From: an uncultured Spirochaetota bacterium
GTDB taxonomy: Bacteria; Spirochaetota; Spirochaetia; SZUA-6; Fen-1364
Direction: 5' to 3'
DNA length: 64,000 bases
Assembly (NCBI GenBank): GCA_963768665.1
Contig: CAVYIU010000009.1
Span: 579,333 to 643,332 of the forward strand
Made by a program: the position numbers and the translations under genes. This document shows positions 20,160 through 31,500 of this stretch, piece by piece (within the stretch, counting starts at the first letter, position 1; the number at the start of each line of letters is the position of its first letter). The notes beneath the pieces were generated by a model that was given only the letters and a program-made list of their open reading frames with translations, had not been told where the DNA came from and searched no databases.

Positions 20160-21216
20160 CTACCAGGTGAGGTTGTCGTCGAAGATCTTGATTTCCGCCG
20201 GTCTTCTTCAGGTCGGCGACGATCTCGGTCAAGGGCGGCCTGGCATGGCGTCGGTCTGCCGCTGCACGGCGATGGAGCTCTTGATGATCTCCCGCACCGT
20301 GTTCTTGTTCGTCGGGGGCACCTTGTCGTCCGAGCCCGAGGAGCTTCGCATCGAACCTGTCGGTGACCTGGACGATGTGGTAGCCGAGGTTGGACTGGAC
20401 GACGCCGCTCACGTCGCCCTTCTTCAGCTTGAAGACGGCATCGAAGAAGCTCGTCCCGTAGAGCTGCCGGCTGCTGGGCGTCCGAGCGGAGAAGACTGCC
20501 GAAGTCGCCGCCCTTGTACTTGGACTGCGTGTCGTCGGAGTACTTCATGACGAGGTCCGAGAACTGGGCTCCCGCCTTCAGCTCCTTCAGATGTCGTCGG
20601 CGCGTTTCGCCGCCTTGTCCTTGTCCTCCTGCGTGGTGAGCTGCCGCGTGTCGATGAAGATGTGGCGGAGGGTGACGATGTCATCGATGAAGTAGCTGGA
20701 CTTGTTCGCGTCGTAGAAGTCCTGGACGTCCTGGTCGGTCACCGGGGCGTTGCTGCTGCCGAGGTCTTGTTCTTGCAAGGGCGTAATCGATCAGGAGGAG
20801 GTTGTCCTTGAAGTTCTTCAGCCAGTCGTCCCAGTTGGCCCCGGAGTTCTTCACCTACTGCTGCAGCTCCGCGTCCGTCATGTCGCGGCCCAGGTTGAGT
20901 GCCTGCGACTGAGCCTTGCGGTACTCGGCGAGCTTCCCGTTCAGCTCGGCGTCCGACACGAACACCTTGTCGCGTTCCGCGGCCTGCTGGATCAGCACGC
21001 GCGCGATCAGGTCGTCGAGAACCTGCCGGCGCTCGTCCATCGTGAGCGTCGTCTTGGCCTGCGCTTCGATAGGCGCGATCTGCTTCTTCAGCTGCCTGAC
21101 GGTCACGACTCGGTCTCGTGAGCCTCACGGTTGCGGCCGGCTTGTCGAGGGCCTGTGCCCACGTCACGGCAACGGCGGCGATGAACATCACGGCAAGCGA
21201 CAGATGATCTTTTCAT
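20160..21216 (-). CDS. SurA/PrsA-like parvulin-type peptidyl-prolyl isomerase (>=5 frameshifts)
   Basis: Signal peptide fragment ..VMFIAAVAVTWAQA. Chaperone domain fragments (ORFs 20855-21106 and 20587-20778). Rotamase core KYKGGDFGSL.. and SGVVQSNLGYHIVQVTDR. C-terminus ..AEIKIFDDNLTW*. Confidence 0.75.
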
Positions 21217-21278
21217 CGTGGGATACTGCTCCTCTGCGTGTGCTCGCGGATTCGAAGCGAAGGTCAGTCAACGAGGCA

Positions 21279-22090
21279 TCACGAATTGTCAAGGCACACG
21301 GGGCACCCGATCCGCTCCATGAGCTTCTTCACCCCGGACAGCTTCCGGTCCAATTGTAGCCCCTTTTGAAGATAATGCAAAGCGACATCCTGCTGGCCGA
21401 GGGACGCGTAGACCTCGGCGAGCTTCTTGCAGAAGAACGCGTTGTCCTTGCGCGAGAAGTTCAGGCGCATCATTTCCTTCAGCCTGCCGACGGCATCCGC
21501 GGGCTCGAGCCCGGGCAGCATCTTGAAGCACAGCAGGGTGCGCAGCCGATCGATCACCTCGTCGATGAAATGGTGGAAGTAGGGCTTGTCGCGCTCGTAG
21601 AGGAAAAGCTTGCGGTACAGGTCGTACGCCTCGCCGTAGCGGCAGCGGGCCTCGAAGACCTCGGCGAGGAGGAAGGCGCAGTCCATGTAGTCCTCGCGCG
21701 AGAGGTAGCGCTCCAGCTCGAAACCGCGGCTGGCCGTCAGCCTTTCGTAGAGGTCGACGGCATCGTCCTGGTGGTTGGCAAGGAGGTCGTGGAAGATGAG
21801 CTTCGACTGGCTGAGGGGATCGTCGGTGCGCGGCGCAGGAACTCCCGGTAGTCGAAGCCCGCGCACCCGCAACGCGGCCTGCAGGGCGCGGTCGTACTCG
21901 TCGCGCTTCTCGATGTCGCTCGAGGACCTCGTAGGCGGCCAGGAGCAGACGCATCTCGTCGTCCGCCTGCTGCCCTTCGGATCGGACGAACATCGGGGTG
22001 TATCTCCTTGGCCCTCCTCCGGAACGACTTCTTGATTTCCTGGGCCGTGGAGTTCTGGGCGATGCCGAGGACCTCGTAGTAGTTGATCAT
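21279..22090 (-). CDS. DnaJ (J-domain) protein with helical-repeat C-terminus (2-3 frameshifts)
   Basis: J-domain MINYYEVLGIAQNSTAQEIKKSFRRRAKEIHPDV, which includes the HPD motif. It continues as ..DDEMRLLLAAYEVL.. and then into the 197-aa ORF 21279-21872. Confidence 0.75.
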
Positions 22091-22312
22091 CGTTGAATGC
22101 TGACTGAATGATAGTATCCGCCGCGTGCGGCTGTCAAGACTTTGAGAGTTTGACCAGCAATTCAGTCTGATCCGGTGGAGCGAAACCCCATTTTGCACGA
22201 CTCGCGGAGGGCCGCTTCGTGGCCCTTTCAAATGGTCCGATATCCTGGTGAAGGTGCGAAAGGGGATTCGCGGGAGTTTGACCAGCATGAAAAGCGTGAT
22301 ATCGTGCCATCC

Positions 22313-23087
22313 ATGTTCGGATTCCTCGTGAAAAAGGCCTTCTTCGACATGTGGGACAATATGTTCCGCATCATCATCATGAACCTCGGCTACATCGCTT
22401 GTCCTTGCCATTTCTTCCTGGCTGGCGCCGCTTTCAGCCTCGCTGCCGGTCCTGTCTTTCGCCATGCTCATCATGGGCGTCGCGCTCTTCGCGGTCTACA
22501 CGGGCGCGGTGAGCAGGATGTGCGCCGAGATCGCCGACTACCAGCAGCCCGGGTTTCGCGAGTTCTTCGGGTTCGTGAAGGAAAGCTTCCCGTCCAGCCT
22601 CCTCCTCGCGCTCGTCATCATCGCATACATCCTCGTGGTCTCGGTTGCCTTCCGGTTCTATGGCGGCATGAAGAGCCTTGCCGGGCCTCTCGCCGTGGCG
22701 CTGCTCTTCTGGGTTACGGTTGCCGGGCGTTTTCGCCAGCCAGTACTTCTTCCCCATCCAGTCCCGGCTGGACAGGAAGTTCCGCAAGATATTCCGAAAG
22801 ACATTCCTGGTTTTCTTCGACAACCCCGGGTTTTCCATCGGGCTGCTCCTGTGCGCCTTCATCGTGCTCGTCGTGTCGGTGCTTCACGGCGCTGCTCCTG
22901 CCGGGCATCGCCACGATCCTGCTCTGGTGGAACATCGCCTTCAAGCTCCGCCTGTACAAGTACGACTGGCTGGAGAAGAACCCGGGCAAACCGACGCCAC
23001 GTTCCCTGGGACGCGCTGCTGATCGAGGACCGCGAACGCGTGGGAAAGCGGACACTGAAGGGCATGATCTTCCCCTGGAAGGAATAG
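22313..23087 (+). CDS. Multi-pass membrane protein (DUF624/YesL-like) (3-4 frameshifts)
   Basis: MFGFLVKKAFFDMWDNMFRIIIMNLGYI start. Hydrophobic segments are spread over ORFs 22175-23386, 22464-23087 and 22678-23022. The family call is tentative. Confidence 0.4.
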
Positions 23088-23110
23088 AGACCCTCCCGTC
23101 CCCCGCCGTT

Positions 23111-23525
23111 CTACTGGATGTGCAGCCGCTTGCCGATCTCTTCCGCCTCCGTCGGCGAGCGCAGGATGTCGGAGGTCTTGATCACCATCCCCTCCCCTTC
23201 CATGCACTTCATCAGGGCGGCGAGCGACTTGGCGGCGCCGAACGGTCGCCTTCGGCACGAAGGCATAGGATTTTTCCCGGCCACGGTGCCGGCGGATGCG
23301 AGGAAGGTGCGCACCGTTTCGGGGATCTTTCCGCCGAAGGTGCCGACGGCCTCGGCGCCCACGACCGATGTACTGGTAGATCGTGAGCTTCACGTTCGGG
23401 TCACGCGCGCCGTCGAAGGTGTCGACCTGGTTTCCCTGCTTCTCAATGCCCCGCGCGACGGCCTTCGCGAGGCCCATGAGCTTGTCACGATTCCGCCCAG
23501 AGAAAAAGACTACCGCCACTCTCAT
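23111..23525 (-). CDS. Flavodoxin-like fold protein (1 frameshift ~23365)
   Basis: MRVAVVFFSGRNRDKLMGLAKAVARGIEKQGNQVDTF.. joins to ..GAEAVGTFGGKIPETVRTFLASAGTVAGK..MVIKTSDILRSPTEAEEIGKRLHIQ*. GGAGGAG RBS upstream. Confidence 0.55.
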
Positions 23526-24231
23526 CGTTTTTTTCTCCTCCGTGTCCGGTTGATTGAACAGATGTCGCAGTACCATCCGCGTGCGGCTCACGCAGAAGTA
23601 CGCGGTGAGCTCTCCGGACCCGGAACCGTTCCCGGCGGCGTTGGCACGGCCGTCCTTCACCAGAGCCGCGACCTCGGCCCGTTCCAGCAGGATCCGCGCG
23701 TAGCGGACCTGTCCCGCGCGGCTCTTCGTCACCGTCATCTCCAGGTACTTCTCGTCCGCTCGCGGAAGACCGGGATCTTCTCGTGCACGACCATGTTGCG
23801 GATCCAGCGGATCTCGTGCGCGAGGAGCAGCGTCCTCCCGTCCGTGATGATGCCCTCCGCGCGCGCCAGCTCCAGCATGTCCACCAGCTCGAGCTCCAGC
23901 AGGTCGTGGCGCGTCTGCAGCCACCGCTTTTCCCCGCCGTGCGCGAAGGGAAGCGGCCCGCTGCGGTCCAGCGCACATGCCGAGGCTGTAGATGAGACCC
24001 TGCTCCAGCAGCGTGCCCGAGAGGATGCAGGCGCTCTCCGAGAATCCGAAGTAGTAGGTCTGGTGCATCTGCGCCAGGAGGAACTTCACCCTCCCGCTCC
24101 CGGGCTGTCGCCCGATATGGATGCGCTGGTAGTTCAGGTGCGCCCGCCGCACGCGCCGCCTCCCGCAGCCGCTTCTCCCCGTAGCGCCGCCGGAGCGTCG
24201 CAAGATGTTCGTCGGTCCCGCCGGCTCTCAT
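23523..24231 (-). CDS. Hypothetical protein with HEPN-like Rx4H motif (DUF4145-like) (>=3 frameshifts; 3' end uncertain)
   Basis: Reconstructed sequence: MRAGGTDEHLATLRRRYGEKRL..HLNYQRIHIGRQPGSGRVKFLLAQMHQTYYFGFSESACILSGTLLEQGLIYSLG..LELVDMLELARAEGIITDGRTLLLAHEIRWIRNMVVHEKIPVF..YLEMTVTKSRAGQVRYARILLERAEVAALV. RNMVVH fits the HEPN R-x4-H motif. Confidence 0.4.
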
Positions 24232-24388
24232 GATGCGATTCGGCCGGAACGATCCTCACCGTCGACGGAGCGCCACGCCTTCTCGCGGCCCTCCCTGACG
24301 GCGTCGAATCTCCGACAGGGCAGGACGGGAATCGCCGTGCCTGTACACTCCCCGCGCATTCCCGGTAGTATACGTGGACTGAAAAACC

Positions 24389-25347
24389 ATGGTCAAGACA
24401 ACCGTTGCGCTTCCGCTCCTTCTCCTTGTCCTCCTCGCCGGCTGCGCCGGGCGCAGCCTGTGGACCTGCACCCGCAGACCCTGCGCATTTCCAACGGCGG
24501 CGTGGGCGCCGTCTCCCTCGTGCGCCTGGGTGACGCGCTCCTCGCCGTCTTCGCCCAGAGATCCACGGCGAGCTAGACTCGTTTCTCCTGCCCCTCGGGG
24601 AGAGCCTTCCCGCCGCTGCCCCCGCCGTCTCCGTGATCGACGTCGTCGACGTGGCGCCGCCCCTCTCCGCGAGGATTCGGCAGTCACGTCCTGCGCTCCA
24701 GCGGCGAAACGGCGATGCTCCTCTACGAGGACCGCATCAGCACAGAGGCAACGGCGTCCTGAAGGTTGCCACCCGTACCCCCGTGACGCGCAGTGGACCC
24801 TGGACATGCTGGATCCGCCCGGTGATCCTCTCCACGTCATGCCTTCGCTGTCAGGCGGCCTTGACGTGTTCTGGGCCGCGGGCGGCCTGCAGTGGAGGTC
24901 GCTGCCCGGTGGAGCGACGTCACCCTTCTCGTCCCGGCTTCCGTCCCGACGGGCTCACCGCGGACCTCGGCGGGGCCGGGTTTGTCGCGCGCGGCCAGGC
25001 CGACGGTGGTGCCCTGTACGCGGTCCAGCGTTCCGCGGGGTCGTTCGCCGCGCGTCCCGTTCCCGGCGCCGGCGGGTCTTCCTCCGCCTCTGGCCGCGGG
25101 CAACGGTTCGGTCTCGGTGCTGAGCTGGGACCCGCGGACCCGGCGGCTGGTCCTCGACGTCGAGACGTCACCCGGCGGCGCTGCCCGGCGGACGACGGTG
25201 ACCGTCTGCGACGGAACGGGCACGGTCGCGCTCCTGCCCGCGAGCGAAGCCGGCGATACCTGTTCCTGTTCGACGAGATCCGCCGCCGGCGCCGGGCGCG
25301 TCATGCACGACGTGTCCCTCATCGCCCCCGGGCGGCGCTCCGTGTGA
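24389..25347 (+). CDS. Putative lipoprotein, heavily frameshifted
   Basis: Clear lipobox start MVKTTVALPLLLLVLLAGC at ATG 24389. Downstream, protein-like stretches alternate among all three + frames (PVDLHPQTLRISNGGVGAVSLVRLGDALLAVFAQ, WTLDMLDPPGDPLHVMPSLSGGLDVFWAAGGLQW, VSVLSWDPRTRRLVLDVETSPGG). Minus-strand ORFs here are Arg-rich shadows. Confidence 0.3.
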
Positions 25348-25508
25348 GCGGGGACGGATACCGCAAGTCCATCCTCTACGGGACTGACAGCCTATCGAAG
25401 GGTTCGCGGTCGTCGAAACCCGGATGCCCTGTACGTTCTGGGTCCAGGGAGGGTGAAGCTCCTGCGCTCGGTCCGTGCCGCCGTGCAGGGTCCGCCGTGC
25501 CCCCGCGC

Positions 25509-26181
25509 CTAGTTGACGATCACGATCGTCGAGCCGAGCTGCTCGTAGACGAACCTGCGCCCAGCTCGCTCCACGAGCTGAGGCGGCCGGTGTCGCCGGT
25601 CGTCGCGATCCCGTGCCGCAGGAACTCGAAGAGGTCACGAGCTCCTCTCGCGTGATTCCTGTCTCAGGGCCCCCGCGCGGAACAGCGCCTCCGCGAGCGC
25701 GGCAATACCTGCCTCGGCTTCCAGCGGAAGGCCCTCGGAATCCGCGAGCTTGCGAAGCGATTCGCAGACCACGGCCTCCAGGATGCCCGCCGCCTTCTGG
25801 CACTCGCCGTGCGCGAGGAAGGATGCCGCCGCGCAGGAGGAAGGAGTTGAAAATGTTCACGCTGAGCATCAGGTCCTTGTGGTAGAAGTACCCCTTGCGG
25901 AGGTCGTCGCGCGCGCCCTGGAGGATTCCCAGGAAGAGGAGCGTCGAATTGTAATGGTCGAAAAACTTCAGGCTCGTGAAGCTGTCGTAGTGAGGGCTCG
26001 AGGTCCCGAAAGTGCTCTTCAGGAGCGTGAGACAGCTCGTGCGCCATGCCTCGAAGCTCTGCACGTCGATGGCCTTCTTGCTGCCCGCAAAATAGATCTT
26101 TTTGCATGCTTCCTTGATCAACTCGCCGCGCCCGATGAGCTCGTCAAAAAGCGCAATGACGTTTTTCGGAACATCTACCAT
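25509..26181 (-). CDS. Hypothetical protein, lower-GC 5' half (2-3 frameshifts)
   Basis: MVDVPKNVIALFDELIGRGELIKEACKKIYFAGSKKAIDVQSFEAWRTSCLTLLKSTFGTSSPHYDSF.. continues as ..FLAHGECQKAAGILEAVVCESLRKLADSEGLPLE.., then ..DLFEFLRHGIATTGDTGRLSSWSELG.. and ends FVYEQLGSTIVIVN*. No family was recognised. Confidence 0.4.
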
Positions 26182-26219
26182 CCCGTGACTTCTAGCGATT
26201 CAAACGAATGATGTCAATA

Positions 26220-26733
26220 TCACCATGACATTGATACTATCTCAAGCTTATAATCGAGCGGTAGATGATTGTCGATATCAGGTTCCTTCACGACAAGGAC
26301 CGAGCACTTCGCGTTTCGAAGGATCTCGCGGTGCTGGCGGCCCAGCACGTCGCGCAGGCTTGTCTGCCCTTCGAAGCCGCCGAGTAGGATCACGTTTGCG
26401 TTGTTCTCGTCCGCTGCCTGCAGGATCTCGGTGGAGACAGCCCCATGGCGCAGGACCTTCTCCACGGCAACGCCCTTCTTCTGCGCCATATCCGCCACAT
26501 AATCGAGATAGCGCTGCCCGTTGCTCTCCAGGCCCTGCTCGGTATTCCTCGCTCTCGTCCTCCACGAAGATCCGCGACATCAGGAGCTCTTTCAGCGTGG
26601 CGGTGTCCACGACGTACACGGCGACGAGCTTGCCGCGCGACGACTTCGCGAGAGCTATGCCATAGCGCGCCGCGTTGAGGGACTGCTCGGAACCGCTCAC
26701 GGCTACCACTATGGTCTGGAACATGGGCTTCAT
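26220..26733 (-). CDS. Universal stress protein (UspA family) (1 frameshift ~26530)
   Basis: MKPMFQTIVVAVSGSEQSLNAARYGIALAKSSRGKLVAVYVVD.. joins to ..VAVEKVLRHGAVSTEILQAADENNANVILLGGFEGQTSLRDVLGRQHREILRNAKCSVLVVK. Confidence 0.75.
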
Positions 26734-27359
26734 ACTCTGTCTCCCAGGAGGCGGCTCTTCAGGATCTTCTGCACGAAGAACACCTCCCGCTCCCTTTCCT
26801 CCAGCACCCCTTCTATGAATGACCGCGTCTCCAGGACGTCGGGGATCACGATCTTCTCCAGCGCGTTCACGCGGCGCTGGGTCTTGCGCACTTCCTTGGC
26901 CAGCCGCCACACCATGGTGCGGATCTCGGCCATGCGCGCCACGAGCTTCAGCAGCTCGTGGAACTCGCGCATCGTCGCGTCGCAGGAACTGTCGGCGCCC
27001 ATGAAGGAGTAGCGCAGCTGCAGCGCGGGCATCGTGATGTCGAGGCTGGGCAGCGGGATACCCATGAGCCTTCCGTTCTTCTCCTTTGTCGCGTACTCGA
27101 AGCTGATTCCTTCCGCGACGTTTCTCGCCTCGGTGCGGCCCATGCGCAGCAGCGTGCGGGTGAGGGCCCTGTACGCTGTCTGCACGCGCGCGTCGATATC
27201 GCGCTCCAGGAGCTTCACTTCCTCCACCATGCGCATGAGCTCCATGACGAGGATTTCCCGTTTCTGCTCCAGGAGCTCGTAGCCTTCCCGGGCGATGGTG
27301 AGCTGCGCCTTGACGGCGAAGAGCGATGATTTTGTCGGGGGAACGTCGTAGCGCGCCAT
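26730..27359 (-). CDS. atpD: V-type ATP synthase subunit D
   Basis: Intact from ATG 27359: MARYDVPPTKSSLFAVKAQLTIAREGYELLEQKREILVMEL..RRVNALEKIVIP. Confidence 0.9.
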   Translation of the reverse strand: MARYDVPPTKSSLFAVKAQLTIAREGYELLEQKREILVMELMRMVEEVKLLERDIDARVQTAYRALTRTLLRMGRTEARNVAEGISFEYATKEKNGRLMGIPLPSLDITMPALQLRYSFMGADSSCDATMREFHELLKLVARMAEIRTMVWRLAKEVRKTQRRVNALEKIVIPDVLETRSFIEGVLEEREREVFFVQKILKSRLLGDRV

Positions 27360-27360
27360 C

Positions 27361-28779
27361 TCAGCGTCCCCCCCCGCCGTCCTTTCCGGATCCCGCGGCC
27401 GCAGCTTGCTTTCCGAAGCGCTCGGCAAGGGTCTTCTCGCTGACCCTGTACAGCTCGCCGCGCGGCAGCGCAGTCAGGATTTTCCAGCCCAGGTCGAGGG
27501 TCTGGTCAATGCTGCGGTTCTCGTATTCGCCCTGCGCAAGGAACTCCTTCTCGAATCGATCGCCGAACTCGAGGTAGCTCCGGTCGAGCTCGGAAAGCTC
27601 CTCCTCCCCGATGACAGAGGCGAGGGACCGTATGCTGCGAACGCGCGAATAGGCGGCGAACAGCTGTGCCGCGAGCTCCTTGTGGTCGTCACGGGTCATG
27701 CCGGGGCCAATGCCGTCCTTCATGAGCCGCGAGAGCGACGGCAGGCCCGCCACAGGCGGGTAGATGCCCTTCTGGGAGAGCTCACGGTCAAGGACGATCT
27801 GGCCCTCGGTGATGTACCCCGACAGGTCGGGCACGGGGTGGGAGATGTCGTCGTTGGGCATCGTGAGGACGGGGATCTGCGTGATGGAGCCAGCCGACCC
27901 CTCGATCTTCCCGGCCCGCTCGTACAGCGAGGCAAGGTCCGAGTACAGGTACCCGGGGTATCCCTTGCGGGAGGGAATCTCCCCGCGGATGGTCGACACT
28001 TCGCGCAGCGACTCGCAGTAGTTGGTCATGTCGGTGAGGATGACAAGCACGTGCATCCCGCACTGGTAGGCAAGGTATTCGGCAGCCGTGAGAGCGCAGC
28101 GCGGCGTGATGAGCCTCTCGATGGACGGGTCATCGGCAAGGGACAGGAACAGGACGACGTTCCCGAGAACGCCGCTCTCCTCGAACGAATCGATGAAGAA
28201 CCGTGCCACGTCGTACTTCACGCCCATGGCCGCGAAGACCATGACGAACGGCTCGTCGGAGGTGAGGATCCGTGCCTGGCGGACGATCTGTGCCGCCAGG
28301 CGATTGTGCGCGAGGCCGTTGCCGGAAAAGATCGGCAGCTTCTGTCCCCTGATGAGGGTGTTCATGCCGTCGATGCAGGAAATCCCGGTCTGGATGAAGT
28401 CCCGCGGGTAGGTGCGCGCGTCAGGATTGATGGGAACGCCGTTGACGTCCAGCTGGAGCGAGCTGAACGAAGCGGGAAAGCCGTCCATGGGCTTCCCGAG
28501 GCCGTCATAGATGCGGCCCAGCATGTCCCGCGAGACACGCATCTCCAGGGGTTTCCCGGTGAACTCGACGGAGGACGACTCCGTGGAGAGACCCGTGTTG
28601 GTGCCGAAGATCTGCACGGCCACGGCCGCCTCGGAGATCTCGATGATCCTGCCGGCGCGCTCGCCCTTGCGCTGGTCGTAGATGCGCACGAGCTCCCCGA
28701 GCCCGACGTTCTCGGTGCGCTCGACGATGATGATCGGGCCGTCGACCTTGGTCAGGCCCCGGTACTCCAGCCCCTTCAT
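27361..28779 (-). CDS. atpB: V-type ATP synthase subunit B
   Basis: Intact from ATG 28779: [84 protein letters not shown]. Confidence 0.95.
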   Translation of the reverse strand: MKGLEYRGLTKVDGPIIIVERTENVGLGELVRIYDQRKGERAGRIIEISEAAVAVQIFGTNTGLSTESSSVEFTGKPLEMRVSRDMLGRIYDGLGKPMDGFPASFSSLQLDVNGVPINPDARTYPRDFIQTGISCIDGMNTLIRGQKLPIFSGNGLAHNRLAAQIVRQARILTSDEPFVMVFAAMGVKYDVARFFIDSFEESGVLGNVVLFLSLADDPSIERLITPRCALTAAEYLAYQCGMHVLVILTDMTNYCESLREVSTIRGEIPSRKGYPGYLYSDLASLYERAGKIEGSAGSITQIPVLTMPNDDISHPVPDLSGYITEGQIVLDRELSQKGIYPPVAGLPSLSRLMKDGIGPGMTRDDHKELAAQLFAAYSRVRSIRSLASVIGEEELSELDRSYLEFGDRFEKEFLAQGEYENRSIDQTLDLGWKILTALPRGELYRVSEKTLAERFGKQAAAAGSGKDGGGGR

Positions 28780-30537
28780 CTCCTGTAGCTCCTCTCCAGC
28801 TCGTCCATCTGCGACGACATGAGCGTCTCGATCTCCGTGAGCTTGTCCAGCTCCTCGTTGCGGATGGTCGACTTGGCGCGCACGATGCGCTCCATGCATG
28901 AAAGCTCGCGGATCTTCGGCAGCGGCGCCCCCAGTTCTATGATGGCAAGCGAGCGCGCGTAGAAGGTCCATGATCAGGCGGAGGATCCGGACCTGCTTCT
29001 CGGGAACGCAGAACATGTCGATGTCGTCATAGGCATTCTGCTGGAGAAAGCCGTTCTTCATCATCTCGGCGACCAGCAGGATCAGGCGCTGGTTGTCGGG
29101 CAGGGCGTCGGGCCCGATGAGCTTCACGATCTGGCTGAGCTTCTGCTCCCGCTTCAGGAGATCGAGCGCTCGTTCGCGGGTACCGCTCCATTCCGCGTTC
29201 ACCTTCTCCCACCACGGGCGCATCTCCTCGGCGTACTCGCTGTACGAATCGATCCAGGAGATGGCAGGGTAATGGCGCGCGTTTGCCAGTTCCCTGTCCA
29301 GCGCCCAGAAGCAGCGGATGAAGCGCTTCGTGTGCTGCGTGACCGGCTCGGAAAAGTCGCCGCCGGGGGGCGATACCGCCCCGATGACCGAGATGGAAGC
29401 CTCGTCGACCACCCAGGGCGCGTTCACCTTGCCGGCGCGCTCGTAGAACTCGGCCAGGCGCGTGGGAAGGTAGGCGGGGAACCCTTCGTCGGCGGGCATT
29501 TCCTCGAGCCGCCCGGAAAGCTCCCGCAGCGCTTCCGCCCACCGGGAGGTGGAGTCCGCCATGATGGCCACGTCGTAGCCCATGTCCCGGTAATACTCGG
29601 CGAGGGTAATGCCCGTGTAGATGGAGACCTCGCGGGCGGCAACGGGCATGTTGGAGGTGTTGGCGATGAGGATCGTCCGCTCCATCAGGGACTTGCCGCG
29701 TGCGCGGATCCTGGATCTTCGGGAACTCCGTGAGAACGTCGGTCATCTCGTTGCCGCGCTCGCCGCAGCCGATGTACACGATGATGTCGGCGTCGCACCA
29801 CTTTGCCAGCGCGTGCTGGGTCATCGTCTTGCCCGTCCCGAATCCTCCGGGGATTGCCGAGGTCCCGCCGCGGGAGATGGGAAAGAACACGTCGATGACG
29901 CGCTGGCCAGTGACAAGCGGCTCGTCCATCCCCAGCTTGCGATCGTACGGCCGCGGCTTGCGCACGGGCCAGTAGTGGGACATCGACATCTCCTGGCCGC
30001 CGACGAAGCGCACGACGGTCTGGGTGATGGTGTAGTCCCCTTCGGCGGCGACCCACTCGATGCGCCCCGCAGGGGTCTCGGGCACCACGACCACCTTGTG
30101 CATGATCGTGGCGGACTCCTTCACTTCTCCCACGATGGCCCCGGGACCGGCCGTGTCACCGGGCTTGCACGTCGGCACGAAATGCCACTTCTTCTCCTGG
30201 GGCAGAGGCGGGATCTTGATGCCCGGCTCGATGAACCCGCCCGCGATCTTCTTGATCTCCTCCAGCGGCCTCTGGATGCCGTCGTAGATCTCTCCGAGGA
30301 GGCCCGGGCCGAGGTGCACCGAGAGCGGCCTCTCGAGGGAGTACGGCGCTCTCCCCGATGCGCATCCCCGTGTTGTCCTCGTAGATCTGGATGGTGGCCG
30401 TGTCGCCTTCCAGGCGGATGATCTCACCGATGAGCCTCTTCTCGCCGATCTCCACGACGTCGTAGAGCCCGCTCCCTCCCAGGCCCGTCGCTCTTCACGA
30501 TGGGGCCGTTGATCCGGATGACCTTGCCTTCGATCAT
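28776..30537 (-). CDS. atpA: V-type ATP synthase catalytic subunit A (>=3 frameshifts)
   Basis: [14 protein letters not shown].. start at 30537. Walker [11 protein letters not shown]. ..[15 protein letters not shown].., [45 protein letters not shown]. The C-terminus shifts frame near 28960. The stop overlaps the atpB start (ATGA). Confidence 0.9.
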
Positions 30538-30553
30538 GTGTTCACGTCTTTTC

Positions 30554-31154
30554 CTAGAACGCCGTGATGAGCTCCTCGCGGCGCTCTTCCATGAGCTGTG
30601 TCGTCAGCTCCCCGATGGTCGCCCGCAGGCGCCGGCTCGCCGTCGGCACTGGCGACGATCAGCCCCTTGAGCGCGGCTGCCGCCTCCGCGGCGGGCATCT
30701 CCGCGACCGACTCCACGGCCACCCCGGGCAGGACGCCGCTCACGACCGATCGCGCCTGCGCGGCGCTCATTCCCGCCGTGAGCACGCTCACCGCGCGGCC
30801 GGCAAAAGCGGCTGCCGCGCGCGCGACCTGCGCGCCGATGATCCGCCCGACGGCCTCCGTCCCGAGCCCCGCAAAGTACGCGGCGAGCGCGGCGTCCAGG
30901 GTTTCCTGCAGGTACGAGAGGCGGGCGCGGCGGAAATCCAGCGGCAGCGATGCCTCGAGCTCCTTGCGGAGCGTGGCGAGCTCCCCGAGCCGGCGCTCGT
31001 CCATGCGGCGGCTTTCCTCGCGGAGGCGCGCCTCCCCGTCGGCGCGGATGGCGGCGATTTCCTTCTCCGCGGCATCGCGCAGGCGCCCCGCTTTCGCGCG
31101 GGCGTCCTCCAGTATCTGGGCTTCCAGCAGCTCCCCGTTCTTGACGACTTCCAT
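30554..31154 (-). CDS. atpE: V-type ATP synthase subunit E (1 frameshift ~30640)
   Basis: MEVVKNGELLEAQILEDARAKAGRLRDAAEKEIAAIRADGEARLREE.. is a coiled-coil N-terminus. C-terminus ..RRLRATIGELTTQLMEERREELITAF*. Confidence 0.7.
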
Positions 31155-31183
31155 ATGAGCGTGTTCCCCTGCCCGGGGCTCCT

Positions 31184-31490
31184 TCAGACGTGGAGTCCGA
31201 CCGCGTCGCGGATCGAGTCGATGAGGCTCGTGCGGTCCGACCGATGTCCCTCGATGCCCGGTATCTCGACCAGGAGCGGATAGGCCCCGCCCAGCTGCCA
31301 GTCCATGACGTCCCCGGGGATCAGCGGCGGTGACCTGCTCTGTCACGATGAGCACGCGGGCTACTCCCGCCGTCGTGACGGCGCGGAACGCCTCGCGGGC
31401 CTCATCCGCGGTGCGGACGACCGTCCCGGGGACGCCGACGAATCGGAACCCCACCACGATCTCCTCGCTCCCGATGACGTGAAACGACAT
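31184..31490 (-). CDS. atpF: V-type ATP synthase subunit F (1 frameshift ~31310)
   Basis: MSFHVIGSEEIVVGFRFVGVPGTVVRTADEAREAFRAVTTAGVARVLIVTEQV.. joins to ..DVMDWQLGGAYPLLVEIPGIEG..IRDAVGLHV*. Confidence 0.75.
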
Positions 31491-31500
31491 GATCCCCGCT

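Noticed and set aside
22091-22312. Possible riboswitch or leader RNA upstream of the DUF624-like membrane gene, suggested by GCGAAA elements and a short hairpin.
   Set aside because: I could not align it to any riboswitch consensus I know (c-di-GMP-I, fluoride, ZTP, preQ1, THF). Only the 14-nt repeat is reported as a finding.
26182-26290. AT-rich spacer and odd C-terminal tail of the usp gene (..PDIDNHLPLDYKLEIVSMSW*), considered as a mobile-element end or att site.
   Set aside because: No inverted or direct repeat pair could be confirmed on close reading, and no recombinase lies nearby. It is treated only as part of the lower-GC islet finding.
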